From an uncultured virus (IMG/VR IMGVR_UViG_3300025168_000060) (taxonomy: Duplodnaviria; Heunggongvirae; Uroviricota; Caudoviricetes), in IMG/VR virus record IMGVR_UViG_3300025168_000060: 20,000 bases of DNA; one strand, given 5' to 3'. The notes beneath the pieces were generated by a model. The model did not search any database, was not told where the DNA came from, and worked only from the letters and a program-made list of their open reading frames with translations. The translations under genes and the position numbers were made by a program. Position 1 is the stretch's first letter. Each line of letters begins with the position of its first letter. This document shows, piece by piece, positions 10,003 through 16,206 of the stretch.

Positions 10003-10089
10003 TGATAACCTATTGAAAAATAAAGGTTTTAAATTGTATTATTTACTTGACTTTACAGCAAAACTATGATAGGATATAGAGATAATTAA
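10003..10089 (+). repeat. Promoter-region repeat, copy 2
   Basis: Aligns without gaps to 7581-7667. Confidence 0.8.
10047..10075 (+). promoter_or_regulatory. Sigma70-type promoter of the CobS-like gene
   Basis: TTGACT-17 nt-TAGGAT with an extended TG. SD GAGG before ATG 10109. Confidence 0.8.
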
Positions 10090-10108
10090 AAATAAAGAGG
10101 AAAACATT

Positions 10109-11269
10109 ATGAAATTAAATGATAAACAAAAACAATTTGTAGAGACTGCTTACAAAGAACTTGGTACTGATACAGTAACAAGAAAGCAAGTCCAAGAAAT
10201 TGAGACTAAATTTAATCTAACTGGTAACAGTTGGTTAGTTAATTCAGGAGACTACAAAGTGGGTCGTGGTGTATATAAATTACCTGTTAACGGTATGGTT
10301 AATCCATCTAAGAATGTTAAACAGAAATTATCACCTGTACAACCACAAGAAAAGGTTACACTTAAAACTACTGAACGTGTTGCTGATAATCTAGTGCCTT
10401 CTAAAGAGGCAACTTTTGTATCTTTTGGTAACTACAAAGATATTAAGAATATTGTTAAATCTGGTATCTTTTATCCTACTTTCATTACTGGTTTATCTGG
10501 TAATGGTAAGACACTTAACATAATTCAAAGTTGTGCTGAGTTAAAACGTGAATTAATTAGAGTTAACATAACTGTTGAAACGGACGAAGATGATTTACTT
10601 GGTGGTTTCAGATTAGTTGACGGTGCTACAGTATGGCATGACGGTCCTGTTGTTGACGCTATGAAACGTGGCGCTGTTCTTTTACTTGATGAGATTGACT
10701 TAGCAAGTAATAAGATTATGTGTTTACAACCTATCTTAGAAGGTAACGGTGTGTTCCTTAAAAAGATTGGTAAATTTGTAGAACCACAATCTGGTTTTAA
10801 TGTAATCGCTACTGCCAATACAAAAGGTAAAGGTAGTGATGACGGAAGATTTATTGGTACTAACATACTCAATGAAGCATTCCTTGAAAGATTTCCTGTT
10901 ACTTTTGAGCAACAGTATCCTCCTATCAAGGTAGAACAAAAAATACTTGATAACGTTATGGATGCCTATAACTTAAAAGATGACAAGTTTACAGAAAACC
11001 TAGTTAAATGGGCTGATGTAATTCGTAAGACTTTCTATGATGGTGGTGTTGATGAGATTATCGCTACTCGTAGATTAGTACATATCATTAATGCTTATGC
11101 TATCTTTAAGAACAAACTAAAATCTGTTCAAGTGTGTGTAAACAGATTTGATGATGATACTAAAAACAGTTTCCTTGATTTGTATTCCAAAGTTGACGCA
11201 GGCGTTAATATGGAAGACCTATCAGGAAATGTCAATGATGATGAGACAGTAGAGGATAGTAATATCTAA
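10109..11269 (+). CDS. cobS: CobS-like MoxR-type AAA+ ATPase
   Basis: Walker A GLSGNGKT, TDEDDLLGG, Walker B LLLDEID, ATANTKGKG, NEAFLERF, TRRLVHI. Confidence 0.9.
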   Translation: MKLNDKQKQFVETAYKELGTDTVTRKQVQEIETKFNLTGNSWLVNSGDYKVGRGVYKLPVNGMVNPSKNVKQKLSPVQPQEKVTLKTTERVADNLVPSKEATFVSFGNYKDIKNIVKSGIFYPTFITGLSGNGKTLNIIQSCAELKRELIRVNITVETDEDDLLGGFRLVDGATVWHDGPVVDAMKRGAVLLLDEIDLASNKIMCLQPILEGNGVFLKKIGKFVEPQSGFNVIATANTKGKGSDDGRFIGTNILNEAFLERFPVTFEQQYPPIKVEQKILDNVMDAYNLKDDKFTENLVKWADVIRKTFYDGGVDEIIATRRLVHIINAYAIFKNKLKSVQVCVNRFDDDTKNSFLDLYSKVDAGVNMEDLSGNVNDDETVEDSNI

Positions 11270-11288
11270 TATGAAATTCATTCATAAT

Positions 11289-11338
11289 GTAGACCTCGTA
11301 GGTGGCGGAACTCATAATCCCGCCACCGCTAAATCTAC
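11289..11338 (+). other. GC-rich stem-loop immediately 5' of the tRNA-like gene
   Basis: GGTGGCGG(11301-11308) pairs with CCGCCACC(11320-11327). Outer helix GTAGA/TCTAC. No clean U-tract. Confidence 0.65.
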
Positions 11339-11343
11339 TTTGA

Positions 11344-11417
11344 GCGGGTTAAGCATAAAAGTAATGTGTGTTAATTCCATTAACAAGAACTTCGGGCAGT
11401 ACGAAGGATCCGCTCCA
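11344..11417 (+). tRNA. Non-canonical tRNA-Gly (anticodon UCC) with encoded CCA
   Basis: Acceptor stem GCGGGTT/GATCCGC plus T73 and CCA. D stem GCAT/ATGT. Anticodon stem TGTTA/TAACA with loop ATTCCAT. T stem CTTCG/CGAAG with atypical loop GGCAGTA. Length 74 nt. Confidence 0.8.
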
Positions 11418-11433
11418 ACTAACTAATAAAGAT

Positions 11434-11640
11434 ATGACAATAACAGTAATAGTAAAAAATAACAACGTAGAAAAAGCTATTAGAACCTTAAAGAAAAAGG
11501 TCCTAAAAGAAGGTCTCTTAAAAGAAATAAAACAAAGGCAATATTACGAAAAGCCTACGTTAAAGAGACAAAGAAGACATAAAGAAAATCTAAAACGTGT
11601 TGCTAAATTAAATAAGCAACGAGAACGTGAAGGATTTTAA
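11434..11640 (+). CDS. rpsU: 30S ribosomal protein bS21 homolog
   Basis: MTITVIVKNNNVEKAIRTLKKK..EGLLKEIKQRQYYEKPTLKR. 68 aa, basic. The start is taken as ATG 11434 because the upstream extension overlaps the tRNA. Confidence 0.92.
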   Translation: MTITVIVKNNNVEKAIRTLKKKVLKEGLLKEIKQRQYYEKPTLKRQRRHKENLKRVAKLNKQREREGF

Positions 11641-11696
11641 AAGAATTTCTGTTGATGACACGGCGGAATAAACACCATAAACTAAAGGAGTATATT

Positions 11697-11948
11697 ATGG
11701 CAAGAACAAGAATAGCAAACAGCACAAAATTTCTTAATGCAATGTTAAGAGGTGCTAGTGTAACCTGGACGGAAGCACAAAAAAAATTTAGTTTGAAATC
11801 ACCAAGAAGCGTGGTTAACAAATTAAGAGAAGATGGACATTGTGTGTACATCAATAAATCAGCAAAAGGTACTAGTTACAGAATTGGTACACCTTCAAAA
11901 GCGTTAGTGGCTGCAGGTTTTGCTATGTTAGAAGGCGCTTCTGCATAA
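11697..11948 (+). CDS. Small basic hypothetical protein, probable winged helix-turn-helix DNA-binding protein
   Basis: SD AAGGAG before ATG 11697. Pattern VTWTEAQKKF..SPRSVVNKLREDGHCVY...YRIG. Confidence 0.65.
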   Translation: MARTRIANSTKFLNAMLRGASVTWTEAQKKFSLKSPRSVVNKLREDGHCVYINKSAKGTSYRIGTPSKALVAAGFAMLEGASA

Positions 11949-12028
11949 ATAGTCATGTGGCAATTCATAAGACCACTTGAATGTTGCCTCTCGTAAAGAC
12001 AACATATTCAGCCTTTTTATGGTTTGGG

Positions 12029-12061
12029 CTTGTAAAAAATTAAACCATAACTATATAAATA
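12029..12061 (+). promoter_or_regulatory. hsp20 promoter: T4 late box TATAAATA overlapping an RpoH(sigma32)-like promoter
   Basis: TATAAATA at 12054-12061. CTTG(12029)-N17-ACTATAT(12050) resembles the alphaproteobacterial RpoH consensus CTTG-N17-CYTATNT. Confidence 0.6.
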
Positions 12062-12063
12062 CT

Positions 12064-12117
12064 AATGTACGCCATAATGGGTACATTTTAAACTCGCTTA
12101 AAAGGAGAAAAACTATG
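12064..12117 (+). ncRNA. ROSE-like RNA thermometer in the hsp20 5'UTR
   Basis: 5' hairpin AATGTAC-G-CCA/TGG-GTACATT, followed by CTCGCT(12093-12098) pairing with SD AGGAG(12103-12107) with a bulged G. This is the U(U/C)GCU ROSE motif. Confidence 0.6.
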
Positions 12118-12540
12118 AATAAAACTCTATCAATATGGAATGACCTACGACCATTTACTGTAGGCTTTGATAGTATCTTTGACCATTTTGACAATCAGTT
12201 AGAACATACAAGGTCACAAAATCAAACTTATCCCCCATACAACATTAACAGAATTGACGACCTCAATTATCAAGTTGAAATGGCACTTGCCGGTTTCAGT
12301 AGAAGTGATATTGATGTCCAGTACGCTGACAATCAATTAACTGTTAAGTCCGTACATAGTGATAAAGATGAAAAAGATACTATTCATAGAGGCATATCAA
12401 AAAGACATTTTACTAGACGATTTACTGTAGCAGATGATGTTATGGTAAAAGGTGCTAAGATGGAAGATGGTATGCTTTTAATTGACTTGGAAAAAATAGT
12501 ACCAGAGGAAAAGAAACCTAGAACTATTGAAATTAAATAA
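12115..12540 (+). CDS. hsp20: Small heat shock protein Hsp20 (IbpA-like)
   Basis: VGFDSIFD, YPPYNI, EMALAGF, IHRGISKRHFTRRF, GAKMEDGML, PEEKKPRTIEI. SD AGGAG. Confidence 0.95.
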   Translation: MNKTLSIWNDLRPFTVGFDSIFDHFDNQLEHTRSQNQTYPPYNINRIDDLNYQVEMALAGFSRSDIDVQYADNQLTVKSVHSDKDEKDTIHRGISKRHFTRRFTVADDVMVKGAKMEDGMLLIDLEKIVPEEKKPRTIEIK

Positions 12541-12553
12541 TGAATAAATGATA

Positions 12554-12574
12554 GGGTGGGCGTTATGCCCACCC
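12554..12574 (+). terminator. GC-rich hairpin after hsp20 (possible terminator or mRNA stabiliser)
   Basis: GGGTGGGCG-TTA-TGCCCACCC. Lacks a poly-U tail. Confidence 0.45.
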
Positions 12575-12585
12575 ACCACTATATT

Positions 12586-13140
12586 ATGAGCATACTTTTT
12601 GAAACACATATACTACACAAACACTTAGACCTTAACCTAGAGGTCATTAAACATCATTGTCGTGGCATAAGAATACATGGCAAAGGTAGAGACGTTTCTA
12701 ACATAGGTGGTTGGCAAAGTGAAGACTTATACGGCGACCATCCTGAACTTTACGATTTATTTGAATCCATAGATGAATATGGTAATGAATATTCTCAACA
12801 TGTAAATAGAGACCACGTTAAACTTGATAACGTGTGGGTAAACTTTAATGGTTACAAAGATTACAATAGACCACATGTACATAGTGGTGCATATGTAAGT
12901 GGTGTGTATTATGTACAAACACCTGAAGATTGTGGCAACTTATGTTTTGAACACCCTTCGCCACTACACAATACTGAATGGGACCATGTACCAAATGTAA
13001 TGGGATATGTTCCACAAGAGAATGATTTGTTTTTATTTCCTAATTGGCTAAGTCATTATGTATTACCAAATCTAAACAAAAAAGAGGAAAGAATTTCAAT
13101 CTCATTTAATCTAAGGCTTGACAAATCAACTGAATTATGA
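12586..13140 (+). CDS. Putative 2OG-Fe(II) oxygenase (TIGR02466 family)
   Basis: SNIGGWQS, WVNFN..YNRPHVH..SGVYYV..GNLCF, LFLFPNWLSHYV, RISISFN. Confidence 0.85.
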   Translation: MSILFETHILHKHLDLNLEVIKHHCRGIRIHGKGRDVSNIGGWQSEDLYGDHPELYDLFESIDEYGNEYSQHVNRDHVKLDNVWVNFNGYKDYNRPHVHSGAYVSGVYYVQTPEDCGNLCFEHPSPLHNTEWDHVPNVMGYVPQENDLFLFPNWLSHYVLPNLNKKEERISISFNLRLDKSTEL

Positions 13141-13146
13141 TAGGAT
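13118..13146 (+). promoter_or_regulatory. Sigma70-type promoter for the DUF3310-gp45-gp44-gp62-regA operon
   Basis: TTGACA-17 nt-TAGGAT with an extended TG. Nearly identical to the promoter at 6232. Confidence 0.8.
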
Positions 13147-13152
13147 ACCATT

Positions 13153-13524
13153 ATGTATAAATTTAAAGAAGATATTATATTAGATGATGTAAAGAGTTAT
13201 ATTGACAAAACATATAGTTCTCATTATTCATCTACAAAAAAACAGGCTACTGAAATCATTATCGACCAAGGACACGGTGAAGGTTTTTGTATGGGCAATA
13301 TTTTAAAATATGCTCAACGTTATGGCAAAAAAGATGGCAAGAATAAGAATGACCTTATGAAAGTTATACATTATGCTGTAATTCAATTGTCCCAAGACCA
13401 CTATCAGCAAGAGAATTTGTTAAAAAACTTACAACAAGACTTATTACAATATGATATTGGCAAACATGAAGAACCTGCCTTACGCTCTGTAATGTCAGAA
13501 AAATATAACAAGGAAAATATATAA
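13153..13524 (+). CDS. DUF3310 family protein (related to phage nucleotide kinases such as T7 gp1.7)
   Basis: SHY....QATEII....GEGFCMGNILKYAQRYGKKDG...DLMKVIHY. Confidence 0.78.
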   Translation: MYKFKEDIILDDVKSYIDKTYSSHYSSTKKQATEIIIDQGHGEGFCMGNILKYAQRYGKKDGKNKNDLMKVIHYAVIQLSQDHYQQENLLKNLQQDLLQYDIGKHEEPALRSVMSEKYNKENI

Positions 13525-14192
13525 TGAAACTAAGTGAAGCGACCAAAGAGATATTGAAGAACTTTTCTGACATCAATCCTAACTTGATGATTAAACCAGG
13601 TAAAGAACTAAAAACAATCTCTACTATGAAGAATATCCTTGCCACAGCGCAAGTAGAAGAAGACTTTCCACAAGATATTGCTATCTATGACCTATCTGAG
13701 TTCTTAGGTGTAATGTCTTTATTTAACAAACCTACATTTGCTTTTGATGATAAGTCATTGTCAATTAGTGAAGAAGGTACAAAAACAAAGTCAAAGTATT
13801 ACTTTGCTGATGCCTCTATTTTAACAACACCACAAAAAGATGTTAAAATGCCAGAAGCAGAGGTAAACTTTACATTGACGGAAACTGACTTAACAAAAGT
13901 TAAGAAAGCGGCTGCAATGTTACAACTACCTGATATCGCTGTATCAAGTGAAGGTGGTGATATTACATTGTCGGCGATGGATAAAAAGAATGATACTGCC
14001 AATAACTTCAATCTCAAAGTAGGTACAAGTGATAAGACATTTGTATTTCACTTTAAAACAGAACATTTGAAAATGTTACCTGGTGATTATGATGTGGCAA
14101 TCTCATCTAAATTAATTAGTAATTTTAAACACAAATCTAAATCAATTCAATATTGGGTTGCATTAGAGAATACAAGTAAATATACTGGCTAA
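13524..14192 (+). CDS. 45: T4-like gp45 sliding clamp
   Basis: MKLSEATKEILKNFSDINPNL, AIYDLSEFL, KMLPGDYDV, YWVALE. Synteny with gp44. Confidence 0.95.
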   Translation: MKLSEATKEILKNFSDINPNLMIKPGKELKTISTMKNILATAQVEEDFPQDIAIYDLSEFLGVMSLFNKPTFAFDDKSLSISEEGTKTKSKYYFADASILTTPQKDVKMPEAEVNFTLTETDLTKVKKAAAMLQLPDIAVSSEGGDITLSAMDKKNDTANNFNLKVGTSDKTFVFHFKTEHLKMLPGDYDVAISSKLISNFKHKSKSIQYWVALENTSKYTG

Positions 14193-14210
14193 TTAGATGA
14201 GGATTTTATT

Positions 14211-15155
14211 ATGGATAACTTTTTATGGGTAGAGCGATATAGGCCTGCCAAGATTGACGAATGTATTCTTCCTGTTGAGATTAAGAATACATTTAAACAA
14301 CTACTATCTAAGGGTGAGATACCTAACTTATTGTTAAGTGGTACTGCTGGCACAGGCAAAACTACTGTAGCGAAAGCATTATGTACTGAATTAGGTTTAG
14401 ATGTAATGATGATTAATGGTTCTGATGAAGGCCGTTCAATTGACATTGTAAGAAATCAAATTCGTAACTTTGCCAGTACAGTATCACTTAATCAAACAGG
14501 CAAACCTAAAGTTGTAATTGTTGATGAAGCAGATTACATGAATGCTGAAAGTGTTCAACCTGCATTAAGAAACTTTATAGAAACGTTTAGTGGTAACTGT
14601 AGATTTATATTTACATGTAATTACAAGAACAAAATTATACCTGCAATTCACAGTAGATGTACTGTAATTAATTTTACAATACAAAACAAAGACAAAGAAA
14701 AACTAGCAGGACAATTTCATACACGCCTTTCTAAAATACTTGACCAAGAAAACATTGAGTTTGACCCTAAGGTATTGGCAGAATTAATTATTAAATTCTA
14801 TCCAGACTTTAGACGAACTATCAATGAACTACAGCGTTATAGTGTAAGTGGTAAGATTGATACTGGTATACTTGTATCTATTTCAGATATGAATATACAA
14901 GGTCTCAATACAGCGTTAAAGAAACGAAACTTTCCTGATATGAGAAAGTGGGTTGTTGATAATATAGATAAAGACCCTGCTGGTCTCTATAAAGAACTTT
15001 ATGATAACTTATACCGTGTATTAGAACCTAACACTATTCCTGCAATGGTCATTCTTTTGGCTGACTATCAATACAAGAATGCTTTTGTGGCGGATCCTGA
15101 ATTAAACATGGTCGCTTGCCTGACAGAGATTATGGGTGAGTGTAAGTTTAAATGA
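14211..15155 (+). CDS. 44: T4-like gp44 clamp loader ATPase subunit
   Basis: LWVERYRP, GTAGTGKTT, VDEAD, TCNY, HSRC, YPDFRR. Confidence 0.96.
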   Translation: MDNFLWVERYRPAKIDECILPVEIKNTFKQLLSKGEIPNLLLSGTAGTGKTTVAKALCTELGLDVMMINGSDEGRSIDIVRNQIRNFASTVSLNQTGKPKVVIVDEADYMNAESVQPALRNFIETFSGNCRFIFTCNYKNKIIPAIHSRCTVINFTIQNKDKEKLAGQFHTRLSKILDQENIEFDPKVLAELIIKFYPDFRRTINELQRYSVSGKIDTGILVSISDMNIQGLNTALKKRNFPDMRKWVVDNIDKDPAGLYKELYDNLYRVLEPNTIPAMVILLADYQYKNAFVADPELNMVACLTEIMGECKFK

Positions 15156-15544
15156 ATGATTATAGTTTAACAAAGTACCTTACGGCCATTAATTGGTCAA
15201 AAGAAAAGTTACTAGATACTGACGATAAAGATTGGGAGAAAAAATACCCACCTTATATAATCAATAAAGGCCTATCTTATTTTTCAGATACCGTAATGTA
15301 TGCTAATGAAATGAATAGATTACATGGCGCTTCTAAGCACATGCAATTCTCGTTTTTACTAAATACTATTAGACCTAAAAAAAGGTTTAGTAAGTGGCTA
15401 AAAGCGTCAAAACTTAGCAACCTAGACTTGGTTAAAGTTTATTACGGATATAGCAATGAAAAGGCTAAACAGGCACTTGAACTGCTTACGAAAAAACAGA
15501 TTGAATATATAAAGAATAAATTATATAGGGGTGGGAAAAAATGA
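15152..15544 (+). CDS. 62: T4-like gp62 clamp loader small subunit
   Basis: YPPYIINKGLS, ANEMN, RPKKRFSKWLK, YYGYSNEKA. Lies between gp44 and regA. Confidence 0.93.
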   Translation: MNDYSLTKYLTAINWSKEKLLDTDDKDWEKKYPPYIINKGLSYFSDTVMYANEMNRLHGASKHMQFSFLLNTIRPKKRFSKWLKASKLSNLDLVKVYYGYSNEKAKQALELLTKKQIEYIKNKLYRGGKK

Positions 15545-15990
15545 GTGAAAATATAGAATGGAAGCCAGAGCATATGCTCGAGGTTCGTCTAAAAGAACCT
15601 GATGACTTTCTGAAGATAAGAGAAACACTTACAAGAATTGGTGTAGCAAGTCGTAAAGAACGTAAGATATACCAATCATGCCACATACTACATAAACAAG
15701 GTAGGTATTTTATTGTCCATTTCAAAGAACTGTTTGCCCTAGACGGCAAGCAAAGTAATATTTCCGCTAATGATGTTGAACGTAGAAATACAATATCACA
15801 ATTATTAGCAGATTGGGGATTAATTGAGTTGATTAGTCCTGTTGAAACCAAGGCACCATTATCACAAATAAAAGTTTTACCTTTTAAAGAGAAAAGTGAA
15901 TGGATACTGGAACCTAAATATAATATTGGAAAGAAACCTGAAAATGACACCAGACCCACAGAACAAACTAATACTACTACAAGCGCTTAA
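15541..15990 (+). CDS. regA: RegA translational repressor
   Basis: MLEVRLKEPDDFLKIRETLTRIGVA, YQSCHILHKQGRYFIVHFKELF, RRNTI..LL.DWGL. Confidence 0.96.
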   Translation: MSENIEWKPEHMLEVRLKEPDDFLKIRETLTRIGVASRKERKIYQSCHILHKQGRYFIVHFKELFALDGKQSNISANDVERRNTISQLLADWGLIELISPVETKAPLSQIKVLPFKEKSEWILEPKYNIGKKPENDTRPTEQTNTTTSA

Positions 15991-16165
15991 ATCTAGCGCT
16001 CAAGGCAATATAGATAAACATAAAGCAAATGTGGATATCTATCTACGAAATGCCATTGGCATTGGCGAGCATTCTGATATTGTGGAAACAATTGAAAAAG
16101 AAATCGACCACATTGCCAAATACCAAGACCAACTTGATATAATTGAAAAATACTTTGATAATTAG
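15944..16165 (+). CDS. Small hypothetical protein of a type seen in marine T4-like phages
   Basis: GNIDKHKANVDIYLRNAIGIGEHSDIVETIEKE. Fills the regA-gp43 gap. The ATG at 15944 overlaps the regA tail. Confidence 0.7.
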   Translation: MTPDPQNKLILLQALKSSAQGNIDKHKANVDIYLRNAIGIGEHSDIVETIEKEIDHIAKYQDQLDIIEKYFDN

Positions 16166-16167
16166 GC

Positions 16168-16196
16168 TTGACTTTTAGCACATTTTGTGTTATAAT
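16168..16196 (+). promoter_or_regulatory. Sigma70-type promoter of the DNA polymerase gene
   Basis: (AGGC)TTGACT-17 nt-TATAAT with an extended TG. Confidence 0.85.
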
Positions 16197-16206
16197 GTTA
16201 TTTTAA

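Noticed and set aside
11368..11433. N-terminal extension of bS21 in the ORF track
   Set aside because: It overlaps the tRNA cloverleaf, and bS21 similarity starts at ATG 11434.
11647..11668. Possible hairpin TTCTGTTG/CGGCGGAA after bS21
   Set aside because: It relies on three G-U pairs out of eight and is too weak to call without covariation data.
11977..12114. N-terminal extension of Hsp20 in the ORF track
   Set aside because: The region contains the promoter, hairpins and SD. The real start is ATG 12115.
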